This document shows positions 27,729 to 37,338 of a stretch of 64,000 bases of DNA, piece after piece (the first letter of the stretch is position 1; every line of letters starts with the position of its first letter). The translations under genes and the position numbers were made by a program. The DNA is from an uncultured delta proteobacterium (GTDB taxonomy: Bacteria > Myxococcota > UBA727 > VGSZ01), in contig CAVZJB010000011.1 of assembly GCA_963775425.1 (NCBI GenBank), forward strand, positions 960,001-1,024,000, in the 5' to 3' direction. Below the pieces are notes generated by a model. The model had not been told where the DNA came from, did not search any database, and was given only the letters and a program-made list of their open reading frames with translations.

Positions 27729-28555
27729 ACATGGCCCTGTTGTCCGTTTCGACCCTCGCCCTCGCCGTCGCGCTCGGCGCCGTCGCGCCGCAGCTCCCGC
27801 CGGGGACGCGCAACGTGAAGGTCACCCTGCACCTCGAAGACGCGGACGTCGCCAACGTCTATCGGCTCGTCGGTGACATCGGCCGCATGAGCGTCGTCCT
27901 CGACGCCTGCCTGGCGCGCGAGAAGGTGAGCCTCCGCCTGAAGGACGTGCCCCTGTCGATGGTGCTCGACGCCGTGGACGAGAAGGTCGGCAGCACGCGG
28001 ACGCTCGAGGGCGGCGTGCTCGTCGAGCATTGCGGCGGCGCGCCGCGCGACGACGACCAGAGCCTCGACAAGCGCATCACGGTCAGGATGAAGAGCGTGA
28101 AGCCTGCGGACGCGCTCGCCGCGGTGGCGTCGCTTGTGAACGCGGGCACCGCCGGCGTCGTCGACGCCGCGCCCATCACCATCGATGTCGAGGGCGTCGC
28201 CGTGCGCGAGGTGCTCGCGACGATCGGGAAGGCGATGGGCTTCGACGCGGTGGACTTCGCGAGCGGCGTCCTCGTGCCGGCCCGCGCGCCCGCGCCCGCG
28301 CCGAAGAGGGACGTCGCGCCGGGGTTCGACAAGAAGGTCACCATCGAGCTGCGCCAGGTCGGCGTCGCCAACCTGTACAAGCTGCTCGGCGAGATCACCG
28401 GGAGCGCGATCTCGATCCCCACGTGCGTCGAGGACAAGAAGGTCGACTTGAAGCTGAAGAACGCGCCGGCCGACCTGGTGATGCGCGTGCTCGACGCGAA
28501 GCTCGGCACCACGCACGTCTACGGCGGCGGCGGCGCCGTCGTCAGCTGTCGCTGA
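27725..28555 (+). CDS. Periplasmic protein of three STN/secretin-N0-like domains, with no barrel
   Basis: VTLHLEDADVANVYRLV...VSLRLKDVP and VTIELRQVGVANLYKLL...VDLKLKNAP resemble the PilQ N0 domain. Confidence 0.7.
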   Translation: MNMALLSVSTLALAVALGAVAPQLPPGTRNVKVTLHLEDADVANVYRLVGDIGRMSVVLDACLAREKVSLRLKDVPLSMVLDAVDEKVGSTRTLEGGVLVEHCGGAPRDDDQSLDKRITVRMKSVKPADALAAVASLVNAGTAGVVDAAPITIDVEGVAVREVLATIGKAMGFDAVDFASGVLVPARAPAPAPKRDVAPGFDKKVTIELRQVGVANLYKLLGEITGSAISIPTCVEDKKVDLKLKNAPADLVMRVLDAKLGTTHVYGGGGAVVSCR

Positions 28556-28623
28556 CTGCGTGGCCTCGATCTCCGCATTGAGTCCCGGCGAGGCCTCCGG
28601 TACACCGCGACCAGGGGGTCACC

Positions 28624-29565
28624 GTGTCCACGCGTCTTGCCTTCGTCGCCCTGCTCCTCGCCTCGGCACCCGTGGCCGCTCAGGCGGACCTCGAGTCCGC
28701 GTTCGGTGAGTGCGACACCCTGCGCGCAGGCTTCACGGATCCGGGCCAGTCCACCACGTTCTTCTCGGCCGGCGCCGGCTACGACGTCTTCGTCGGCCGC
28801 GACTTGATGAGCAACTGGACGTCGGCCGTCCTCAACATGTTCCCCGATGTGGTCTTCCCGCTCGACCTCGACCTCGTCGGCCTCGGCGCCGACTTCTCGG
28901 TGGCCGGCTCGGCGGTGAACGACAACGACGCCGTCGACCTCTGCGTCGTCTCCAGCCTCATCACCAACGTCGCGGAGGTCGAGCCCGACGGGAACCTCTC
29001 GCAACAGGGCCGCACCTTCGCAGTGCGCTTCTTTTCGACCACGGCCCCCGTGGGGCAGCTCAGCCTGGTGCCTCCTGCGGAATTCGGCTGGTCGCTCGTC
29101 ACGTCCAACGACTGCCCGCCGGAGCGCCCGGCGTGCGAGATGCGCTGCCTCCGGTACGACGCCACGAACGGCTGGAGCGACATCGGCGCCGTCGCCGCCG
29201 ACGGCAGTTGCACCCACACGGAGCTCGACGGCGTCTTCGGGGTCTTCGCCACGCTGGGCGGCGCGAGCGAAGGCGAAGGTGAAGGCGAAGGAGAGGGCGA
29301 AGGAGAGGGCGAAGGCGAAGGCGAAGGCGAAGGCGAAGGAGAGGGCGAAGGCGAAGGCGAAGGAGAGGGCGAAGGCGAAGGCGAAGGAGAAGGCGAGGGC
29401 GAAGGCGAGGGCGAGGGCGAGGGCGAAGGCGAAGGCGAAGGAGAGCCGACCGACGGCTGCACCTGCGCATCGACGCAGCTCGGCGCCGATGCGCTCACGC
29501 TCAGCCTCGTGCTGCTCGGCCTCGGCCGTCGCCGCCGGGCAGCGGCTCCACGATGTGGGCGATGA
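28624..29565 (+). CDS. Secreted protein with (GE)n linker and MYXO-CTERM-like anchor
   Basis: Signal peptide, about 30 GE repeats, and DGCTCAS followed by a hydrophobic stretch and RRRR. Confidence 0.8.
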   Translation: MSTRLAFVALLLASAPVAAQADLESAFGECDTLRAGFTDPGQSTTFFSAGAGYDVFVGRDLMSNWTSAVLNMFPDVVFPLDLDLVGLGADFSVAGSAVNDNDAVDLCVVSSLITNVAEVEPDGNLSQQGRTFAVRFFSTTAPVGQLSLVPPAEFGWSLVTSNDCPPERPACEMRCLRYDATNGWSDIGAVAADGSCTHTELDGVFGVFATLGGASEGEGEGEGEGEGEGEGEGEGEGEGEGEGEGEGEGEGEGEGEGEGEGEGEGEGEGEGEGEPTDGCTCASTQLGADALTLSLVLLGLGRRRRAAAPRCGR

Positions 29566-29721
29566 CCGTCGCCGCCGGCGTGTGCCGAGAGAGCGCCGAT
29601 CGCGCCCTTCGCTCGTCGACGGCGCTGAGGGCGGCGTGCGGGGTCTGGTCCTTGGATGGTCAGCGGTCCAACGTCGAGCGCCTCGGCTGATTCGTTCGCC
29701 CCGAGCATGTGAGGGCAAACC

Positions 29722-30078
29722 ATGCGCACGAGATTCCTCCTCCTCCTCCTCGCCGTCGCGGGCGCGGTCGCGCTCGGCACCGTGTGGTTGTCGGCCGCGC
29801 CTTCGCCCGCTGTGCCGGCGCCCGCCGCGCCGGCGCCGACAACGACGTCGACGAACGTCACCGCGAGGCGCGTGCGCAAGGTGCTCGACGCCGCGTTCGG
29901 CGCCAAAAGCGTGCACATGCGCTCCACGGACGGCAACACGCGCACGACGCTGTTGGACGTGGATAGCCGCCCCGAGGCGATCGCGCGCGCGTTCGCCGCT
30001 GCGCCGGTGGCGGAGGGCGTGCGTGTGACGGTGGACAGCATCGACGCGCACGGCGTGCACGCGCACGTCGCCGACTAG
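29722..30078 (+). CDS. Small exported hypothetical protein
   Basis: GAGG RBS and an N-terminal hydrophobic segment. Confidence 0.55.
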   Translation: MRTRFLLLLLAVAGAVALGTVWLSAAPSPAVPAPAAPAPTTTSTNVTARRVRKVLDAAFGAKSVHMRSTDGNTRTTLLDVDSRPEAIARAFAAAPVAEGVRVTVDSIDAHGVHAHVAD

Positions 30079-30221
30079 AACTGCGATCGGGTCGCCGCGA
30101 GTGTTCGGATGCGGCTCAGCGTGATGGGCGAGCGGCGAGCGGTCACGTGTACCGCGAGCCGCGATCGCACGGCCGAAGTCGACGCGCGCGCCTGCGCCCC
30201 GCTGCCGTGATCGAAGGGCGG

Positions 30222-30929
30222 TCAGCAGCCGCCGGGGGCGTGCGCGATGTACTCGTCGAGCGGGCCGAGCCCGACACCTCTTCTCAGCTCATCGACGCGC
30301 TTGTCGTCCTCGAGTCGCGGGTGAACCTTCTTGCCGTCTTTGCATTCGTATTGGGTGCCGAAGCGCTGCGGGCGGCCCTCGCCCTGCGCCACGCGATCAT
30401 ACAGGTAGGCCCAGTTCGCGTCGGAGACCTCGTGGCTCTTGCGCAGCGCCGTCATGAGCGCGAGCGCGTGCTTCTGAAACGCGCGGTCGCCGTCGGCGTG
30501 CTGCGCGATGATGAACGCGCTCTTCGCCGCGTCTTCGCCGAAGACGCTCGCCTTCGGCCACCCGTGCACCGCGATGATGTCCTTCAGGAGCGGGATATCG
30601 GCCGCGAAGACGTCCTGCTCCCGAGCGTCGGCGTAGAGGACGGCGGCAGCGAAGCCGGGCGCGCCTTTGCGCTCGGCGAACGCATGCATCATGAACAGCT
30701 GCCACACCTGATCTTCGTCCCACGCGAGCGCAAGCCTCCGCTTCACCCACCGCACGTCATCGAGCTGAACGCCGTCGGCGAACAGGGCGAGTCGACGCTC
30801 GGCGAGCTTTCGCTCGCAGCTGAGCACTTCGTCGCGGATGGTGGCGGCCCCTTGCCAACAGGGAGGCGGGTCGGTCGCGGGCGCGGGCGCCCCCGCGAGA
30901 ATGAAGATGGCGAAGGCGACGGTGGGCAT
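30222..30929 (-). CDS. DUF6624-like exported protein
   Basis: EDQ...IIAVHGWP...FIIAQHAD...AYLYDRV...PQRFGTQ...VDELRRGVGLGPL. Confidence 0.8.
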   Translation of the reverse strand: MPTVAFAIFILAGAPAPATDPPPCWQGAATIRDEVLSCERKLAERRLALFADGVQLDDVRWVKRRLALAWDEDQVWQLFMMHAFAERKGAPGFAAAVLYADAREQDVFAADIPLLKDIIAVHGWPKASVFGEDAAKSAFIIAQHADGDRAFQKHALALMTALRKSHEVSDANWAYLYDRVAQGEGRPQRFGTQYECKDGKKVHPRLEDDKRVDELRRGVGLGPLDEYIAHAPGGC

Positions 30930-31021
30930 GACGTCGGTACCTATCATGGCGCGAAAATGCCCAACAGCCGCGCGCCGCACGCGCTGCCCGACGAGCCGCC
31001 GGCCAGAACGTCGCCCCCACG

Positions 31022-31405
31022 AGCCGCGTCCTCGACGACGACGACGGCGTGCCCCGCGAGTGACTCGCGTCGCTGCGCGCGCTCGAGCCCGCGCTCGACG
31101 CGTGCGCGCGGCGCTCCCCGGGCGCGGCGGTCGAGCTCTCCGCGATCCCCGTCGCCGCCGACGGCAGCGTCGGCGCACCCGCGGGCCGGCCGCAGACCGC
31201 GTTTTCGAAGTGCGTCGCCGCGGCCGTGTCCTCGGCGCACATGCCTGCGCCGCGCGCCGTTGTCGCGTTCGACCTCGACGTCCGCGCCGATCGCGGCGAC
31301 GGCGCGCGCGCCTTCCTCTCGGCAGACGCCGTCCTCACGGCCGCGGCCCTCGCGCCGCCGGCCCCGGTCGAGCCGCGCGCCGCGGCGGGCGCGCCCCCGG
31401 GGTAG
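31022..31405 (+). pseudogene. AgmX/PglI (TonB-C-like) domain remnant with an in-frame TGA at 31061
   Basis: LRALEPALDACARR...VAADGSVG...SKCVAAAV matches the C..CV pattern. No clean start. Confidence 0.4.
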
Positions 31406-31718
31406 CGGCATTGAGGACGCGCGCTCGGGCGTTGCGCGGACTTGTCAGGCCGATGTGTCAGCGCACATCTCCGGTCGAACGCCGCGCGGCGGCGACCACG
31501 GCGCGCGCGGTGGCGGTTTGTCGTCGACAAAGGGCGCTCGTGACGCGCTGCGCGCGCGCACCGCGAATGTAGGCGCAGTGACGACGAGCGCCGCACGTCG
31601 CCGCACCGAGGTCTACTTGTCTCACGGTCGCAGCGCTGATTTTCGGATCCGACACGCAACTTCAAAAGCGCTCCTTCGAAGGCCGGCGCGTGACGCCGCT
31701 TTCACAGGGAGGCCGCTC

Positions 31719-33248
31719 ATGACGAAGACTTCACTCTCGATCGCAGGTGTCGTCGTCCTCTCCGCAGCCGCGGGCTGCGTGAACGCCGTCGACCCGGGCG
31801 GCGCCGTCGCGCTCCCGCCCACGTACGACGAGCTCCTCGCCGACACGTACCAGGAGCCCGGCACGGGCATCTTCATCGTCGACGGCGACGTCCCCGTCCT
31901 CGACGAAAAGCGCCTGCATCTGTTCTACGACCAGCTCATCGCCGACTTCGAGGCCGAGCAGAGCGGCGCCGGCACGAGCACAAAGGAGCAGCCCCTCGCG
32001 CTGGCCACCTCGGGCGGCGCCGACGTGGTGTGGACCGCCGCGCAGAAGCTCAACCTCACCTACTGCGTGAGCAGCGCCTTCGGCTCGACCAAGCAGGCGG
32101 CGGTGACGCAGGCGATGGTGGGGGCGACGGCGGCGTGGGAGGCCGCCACCGACGTGCACTTCGTCCACGACGCCTCGCAGGACGGCTCCTGCACCGCGTC
32201 CAACAACAACGTGCTGTTCGACGTGAACCCCGTGAACGCCGGCGGCCAATACATCGCGCGCAGCTTCTTCCCGGACAGCGGCCGCTCGGCGCGCAACGTG
32301 CTCATCAATCCCTCGGGCTTCCAGCTCTCCGCGCCGCTCACGCTCACCGGCGTCCTGCGCCACGAGCTCGGGCACGTCCTCGGCTTCCGCCACGAGCACA
32401 CGCGCCCCGAGGCGGGCGCGTGCTTCGAGGACAACAACTGGCGGCCACTGACGCCGTACGACAGCGCGTCCGTGATGCACTATCCGCAGTGCAACGGCAC
32501 CGGCGACGGCTCGCTGTCGCTCACCGCTCTCGACAAGGAGGGCGCGGCGTCGGTGTACGGCGCGTCGGGTACGCCGCCGCCGCCGCCGCCCGAGGGGAAC
32601 GCGCGCACGACGTCGTCGAGCGGCAGCGTGGGGCAGGGACAGGAGGCGCAGGTCGGCTCGTTCGCGGTCGTCGAGGGGTCCACGTTCACGGCGACGATGA
32701 GCGGCACGGGCAATCCCAATCTCTACGTGCAGTTCGGCGCGCCGCCGACGACGACGTCGTACACGTGTCGGCCGTACACCAACGGCGCGAACGAGACGTG
32801 CACGGTGACCGTGCCCGCCGGCGCCACCGAGGCCTACGTCATGGTGCGCGGCTACGCGTCGGCGACGTACACCGTGAACGTCTCGTGGCTCGAGCCCGAC
32901 GGCGCCGCGCCTCCTCCTCCTCCTCCGCCGCCGTCGACCTCGGGGACGGAGCAGACCGACACGCAGAGCGGCTCCGTCGCCCGCCGGCAGAACGCGACGT
33001 TCCCGGCGTACAGCGTGGTGGGCGGCACGCACTTCACCGCGACCATGACGGGCAGCGGCGACCCGGACCTCTACGTGCGCTTCGGTGCGGCGCCGAGCAC
33101 GTCGAGCTACGACTGCCGCCCCTACGTCAACGGCGCCACGGAGAGCTGTGACCTCACCGTCCCAGACGGGCAGACCACGGCGTTCGTCATGGTGCGCGGC
33201 TACACCGCGGCGACGTACGCGGTGACCGTGACGTACACGACGCCCTAG
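31719..33248 (+). CDS. Metzincin metalloprotease lipoprotein (M57/M10-like) with two PPC domains
   Basis: GGGAGG RBS, lipobox AAGC, IVDGD, HELGHVLGFRHEH, Met-turn SVMHY, and G(N/D)P(N/D)LYV.FG PPC repeats. Confidence 0.9.
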   Translation: MTKTSLSIAGVVVLSAAAGCVNAVDPGGAVALPPTYDELLADTYQEPGTGIFIVDGDVPVLDEKRLHLFYDQLIADFEAEQSGAGTSTKEQPLALATSGGADVVWTAAQKLNLTYCVSSAFGSTKQAAVTQAMVGATAAWEAATDVHFVHDASQDGSCTASNNNVLFDVNPVNAGGQYIARSFFPDSGRSARNVLINPSGFQLSAPLTLTGVLRHELGHVLGFRHEHTRPEAGACFEDNNWRPLTPYDSASVMHYPQCNGTGDGSLSLTALDKEGAASVYGASGTPPPPPPEGNARTTSSSGSVGQGQEAQVGSFAVVEGSTFTATMSGTGNPNLYVQFGAPPTTTSYTCRPYTNGANETCTVTVPAGATEAYVMVRGYASATYTVNVSWLEPDGAAPPPPPPPPSTSGTEQTDTQSGSVARRQNATFPAYSVVGGTHFTATMTGSGDPDLYVRFGAAPSTSSYDCRPYVNGATESCDLTVPDGQTTAFVMVRGYTAATYAVTVTYTTP

Positions 33249-33310
33249 GCCCGTCGACGTACGCGCGGCGACGGACGACGGGAGGCGTCGTGGAGTGATG
33301 CGATGCACGC

Positions 33311-35029
33311 ATGCGCACCACGATGCTCGCCCTCCTGTTCGTCACCGCCTGGGCGGGAAGCGCGCGCGCCGACGACGTGTGGACCACGCCGTTTCCCGGC
33401 GGCGCGCACCTGCACCGCTTCGGGGGCGGCCAGGACGTGAACGTGCTCGTCGTGGACCTGTGCGCGCCGGGGATCAGCGTGCGCACGACGGCGGCCGGCG
33501 AGAAGGGGCGCACGGTGTCGTCGTTCGGCGCGCTCGCCGGCGCCGCCGCGGCCACCAACGGGGACTTCTTCGATGGCAGCTTCAACCCCGACGGACCGGC
33601 GATGCACGCCGGCAACGCGTGGGGCGGCGTCGATCACGGCTACGTCGCGCCGGTGGCCTTCGGCGACGCGCTCGTCGACATCCCGCACCACGCGAGCACG
33701 AGCGGGCCCGCGGCCGGGGCGCGCGAGGTGGTGGGCGGGCACCCCACGCTCCTCGACGACGGCGCGGTGGTCGGCAACCCCGGCGATCCGCTGTGCACCA
33801 ACCGCCACCCGCGCACGATGGTGGGCGTGACGCAGGATCACACGCACTTGATCATGGCCGTCGTCGACGGGAGGCGCGCGGGCGCGGCGGGGATGACGTG
33901 CGACGAGGAGGCGGCGCTGCTCGCGGAATTCGGCGCGTTCGACGCGGTGAACCTCGACGGCGGCGGCTCGAGCGACATGTGGATCGGCGCGGAGGGCGGC
34001 GTGCAGAACCGGCCGTCCGACGGCGGCGAGCGCGCCGTCGGCGATCACCTGGCGATCATGGCCGCGGGCGCGGGGCCGTCGCCGCAATGCCCGACGCCGC
34101 CGTCGTTTCGCGCGGAATTCGTGGCGCAGTCGTGGCCGTACGCGAGCCTGCCGCCGGTGCAGATCTACGAAGGTGACGTCGTGGACGGCTCCATCGACCT
34201 GCGGAACACGGGGACGGAGGCGTGGGGGCCGGACACCAAGCTCGCGCCCATCCCGCGCGATGTCGCGTCGCCGCTGGCGGCGCCGTCGTGGTTGTCGCCG
34301 ACGCGGATCTCCAGCCCGGGCGCCGTCGCGCCCGGCGAGGTCGGCCACTTCGCGCTGCCGCTCGCAGGGAACGCGGCCGGCGACTACGACCAGTTCTTCG
34401 GCCTGGTGCAGGAGGGCGTGACGTGGTTCGCCGACGCGGGCGGCCCGGGCGACCACCTGCTCGAGGTGCGGGTGACGGTGCTGCCGCGTCCGGCGTTCCG
34501 CGGCCGCGTGGTGGCGGTGGACATCCCCGATGCGGTGGAGCTCGACGACGTCGTGGAGGCGCACGTCGACGTCGAGAACACCGGGAGCTCGATGTGGGAC
34601 GACACGGTGCGGCTGGCGCCGACGCCGCGCGACGTGGCGTCGCCGCTCGCGGCGGACTCGTGGCTGTCGCCCGCGCGCGTGACCACCGCGGACGGGCCGG
34701 TGGCGCCGGGGGAGACGGGGCGGTTCACCTTCGAGATCCACGGCGCGGCCCTCGGTCACGTGGACCAGACCTTCGCCCTCGTCGCCGAGGGGGTCACGTG
34801 GCTGGCGGACAGCGGCGGCCCCGCCGACGACGCGATCACCGCGTCCGTCGACGTCGTGGAGCCGGGCGCGCTGCCGCCGGAGGACCCCGCCGTCGACGAC
34901 GACCCCGCCGTCGGCGGTCGCGGGGCGGCGCAGGTGCGCAACGGCTGCGCGGCGGGCGGGCTGCCGGCGCCGCTGGTGCTCCTCGTGGCGCTCCTCGCCC
35001 GGCGTCGATCCCGACGGGATCCGTCGTAG
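33311..35029 (+). CDS. Phosphodiester glycosidase (NAGPA family) with two NBR1-like Ig domains and MYXO-CTERM-like anchor
   Basis: NGDFF, HPRTMVG, VVDGR and NLDGGGS motifs, and duplicated NTG..W...LAP.PRDVASPL...V.PGE.G.F domains. Confidence 0.85.
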   Translation: MRTTMLALLFVTAWAGSARADDVWTTPFPGGAHLHRFGGGQDVNVLVVDLCAPGISVRTTAAGEKGRTVSSFGALAGAAAATNGDFFDGSFNPDGPAMHAGNAWGGVDHGYVAPVAFGDALVDIPHHASTSGPAAGAREVVGGHPTLLDDGAVVGNPGDPLCTNRHPRTMVGVTQDHTHLIMAVVDGRRAGAAGMTCDEEAALLAEFGAFDAVNLDGGGSSDMWIGAEGGVQNRPSDGGERAVGDHLAIMAAGAGPSPQCPTPPSFRAEFVAQSWPYASLPPVQIYEGDVVDGSIDLRNTGTEAWGPDTKLAPIPRDVASPLAAPSWLSPTRISSPGAVAPGEVGHFALPLAGNAAGDYDQFFGLVQEGVTWFADAGGPGDHLLEVRVTVLPRPAFRGRVVAVDIPDAVELDDVVEAHVDVENTGSSMWDDTVRLAPTPRDVASPLAADSWLSPARVTTADGPVAPGETGRFTFEIHGAALGHVDQTFALVAEGVTWLADSGGPADDAITASVDVVEPGALPPEDPAVDDDPAVGGRGAAQVRNGCAAGGLPAPLVLLVALLARRRSRRDPS

Positions 35030-35084
35030 GGGGGACGAGCGACGAACCGATGGTGGCCTTTGCCGCGGCGCCTAGGGTGCGCGC

Positions 35085-36215
35085 ATGCGCTCGTTCCTCC
35101 TCGCTGTCGTCGCCGCGGCGCTCCTCGGGGCGTGCAACAACGCCGTCAATCCCCTCACCGGCCGCGCACCGGCTTCGAGGGGGAGCGACGGCGGTGTCCC
35201 CGACAGCGCCGGGGACGGCGCGGACGACGCAGGCGCGGGCGCGGGCGCGGGCGACGGCGACGGTGACGGCGCGGGTGACGGCGCGGGCGACGGCGCGGGC
35301 GACGGCGCGGGCGACGGCGCGGGCGACGGGAGCGGCGGGGGAGCCGGCAACGGGACCGGTGGCGGCGCGGGCGACGGGAGCGGCGGGGGAGCCGGCAACG
35401 GGACCGGTGGCGGTGCCGGGGCGGGTGCCGGGGCGGGTGACGGGGCGGGTGACGGGGCGGGTGACGGCGCGGGCGACGACGGTGCCGCGGTGGCGCCGGC
35501 GTTCTGCGAGTCGTTCGCGGCGTTGAACGCGCGAAGCGTCGAGGGAAGCGCGCTGCAGGACATCGTGCGTCACCTGCCCGACGATCAGGTCGACACGTAC
35601 TGCGATCCCGACCGCGTCACCTGCGCGCACGAGGTCACGCACGGCATCCACGCGTACCTGCGCAACCACCACCAAAGCGCCGTGCGACAAAACGCGTTCT
35701 ACATCCTCGCGGACCGCGCCTGCTTCGTCGACGAGCCCGACATCTGGAAGCACGACGCAAACGCGTTCGTCCCCCAGGCGCTGCGCGGGTTTCGCTACGA
35801 CACGTACCTCGCCGGCCAGAGCGCGTGGGACGACACGCCGCTGTACCTGTGGGACGAGTGGAACGCCTACATCAACGGCGGCGAGGCCGCGCTCTCGCTC
35901 TACGACGAGGGCCTGTGGGGCACGGAGTGGCGCGACCAGTCCGGCGTCACCGAATTCATCGCCTACGGCACCGCCGTCGCCATGGCCGCCGAAGCGCTCG
36001 ACACGCACCACGAAGACCTCGACGCCATGCTCGCCTACCTCGTGCGCCGCTCTTTCGCCCTCCACCGACGCTTCACCGCCATCTCCGAATTCCAGAGTGA
36101 CGACGTCGACGCCGCCGTCGACATCCTCCGCACCGGCGACGCCGCCGCGCCGCTGCGCGACTACTGGACGCGCACGTTCGGCGACGCGTGGGTCGAGGCC
36201 ACCCTCGCGCCGTAG
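35085..36215 (+). CDS. Lipoprotein with GDGA-repeat linker and HExxH zincin-like domain
   Basis: Lipobox LGAC, (GDGA)n repeats, and AHEVTHGIH with downstream DEWNAY. Confidence 0.75.
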   Translation: MRSFLLAVVAAALLGACNNAVNPLTGRAPASRGSDGGVPDSAGDGADDAGAGAGAGDGDGDGAGDGAGDGAGDGAGDGAGDGSGGGAGNGTGGGAGDGSGGGAGNGTGGGAGAGAGAGDGAGDGAGDGAGDDGAAVAPAFCESFAALNARSVEGSALQDIVRHLPDDQVDTYCDPDRVTCAHEVTHGIHAYLRNHHQSAVRQNAFYILADRACFVDEPDIWKHDANAFVPQALRGFRYDTYLAGQSAWDDTPLYLWDEWNAYINGGEAALSLYDEGLWGTEWRDQSGVTEFIAYGTAVAMAAEALDTHHEDLDAMLAYLVRRSFALHRRFTAISEFQSDDVDAAVDILRTGDAAAPLRDYWTRTFGDAWVEATLAP

Positions 36216-36232
36216 GGTGGTAGCTTGCGCGG

Positions 36233-37108
36233 ATGATTCATTGCCCTCAGTGCGGGAAAGCCTGCGCCGACTCGTTCAAGTTCTGCCTCGGCTGCGGCGC
36301 GGACCTCGGCGCCGCGGTCGATCTGCAAAGCGCGATCGAGCAGCCGACCTTCAGCGCGCGGCGCCCCTCGGTCCCGCCGCCGCCGCGGGAGCCCACCAAG
36401 CGCACGCGCGGGATCATCCACGCGTACACGGGCGCGCAATTCGTCGGGCGCCTGCTCGGCATGATCTTCACGGCCATCGGCCTCGTCATGTTCCTCGCCT
36501 TCGGTACCGACATGATCTTCGACGTCGCCGTCAGCGTCGCCGGCAAGCCCGTCAAGGGCGTCGTCACCGGCGTCCACACGCTCAGCAGCGTACGCGTCAA
36601 CCACTCGCACCCGCGCGTCATCGAGTTCAGCTTCGACGGTCATCACGGCGCATCGAGCACGCTCGACTTCTCCCGCTTCCGCGACTTCCAGCCCGGCTCG
36701 CCCGTCGACGTCGACGCCGTCCCCGGTTGGCCGGCGGCCGCGCGTGTGCACGGCACCATGCGGAGCCCCGTGGGGTGGTTCGGCTTGTTCCCGCTGCCGT
36801 TCCTCGGCGTCGGGCTCATCGCCTTGTTCATCGCGGTGCGCTCCAACCGCCGCGAGATCCGCGCGTTTCGCTTCGGCGTCGCCGCCGTCGGCCGCGTGAA
36901 GTCCATCGGGCTCGACCGCAGCGTGCGCGTCAACGGACGCAGCCCCACGCTGCTCTCCTGGGAGTTCGACGTCGCCGGCAAGACCTACGGCGGGTCGCTC
37001 TCGCACATGGACGGCGGCGTGCTGCGGCCGCTCGTCGCCGCGGACCACACCGTCGCCGTCGTCTACGACCCGAAGGACCCGCGCGCGAACACGCTTTACG
37101 TCGTCTGA
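36233..37108 (+). CDS. Zinc-ribbon membrane protein (DUF3592-like repeats)
   Basis: CPQCG...CLGCG, two TM regions, duplicated SVRVN..P beta domains and VVYDPKDP. Confidence 0.75.
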   Translation: MIHCPQCGKACADSFKFCLGCGADLGAAVDLQSAIEQPTFSARRPSVPPPPREPTKRTRGIIHAYTGAQFVGRLLGMIFTAIGLVMFLAFGTDMIFDVAVSVAGKPVKGVVTGVHTLSSVRVNHSHPRVIEFSFDGHHGASSTLDFSRFRDFQPGSPVDVDAVPGWPAAARVHGTMRSPVGWFGLFPLPFLGVGLIALFIAVRSNRREIRAFRFGVAAVGRVKSIGLDRSVRVNGRSPTLLSWEFDVAGKTYGGSLSHMDGGVLRPLVAADHTVAVVYDPKDPRANTLYVV

Positions 37109-37338
37109 AGCTCAGCGAAGCGTGCCGTGGATGACGCGGGGGACGAGCCCCCACGCCACGCGCGACGACGCGCTCAGGTCCAGGCGGCGCTGGTTCCGCG
37201 CGCTCGTCCGCCGTCACGTCCTCGCGGCCTACAAGGTCGGCGGCACCACGCCGCTCGCGTGAGCGCGCTTCCAGTCAGCGCTGACCGCATTGACACGCGC
37301 GCGTCCTCGCCCAAAAACGCCGCCTCCCCGGGGGTCCC

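Noticed and set aside
31061-31063. In-frame TGA as selenocysteine or readthrough
   Set aside because: There is no redox motif context, recognisable SECIS or clear start, so a pseudogene is the simpler explanation.
30147-31718. N-terminal 524 aa of the 1033-aa ORF as part of the protease
   Set aside because: The real start is ATG 31719, with an RBS and lipoprotein signal. The upstream part is antisense to the DUF6624 gene.
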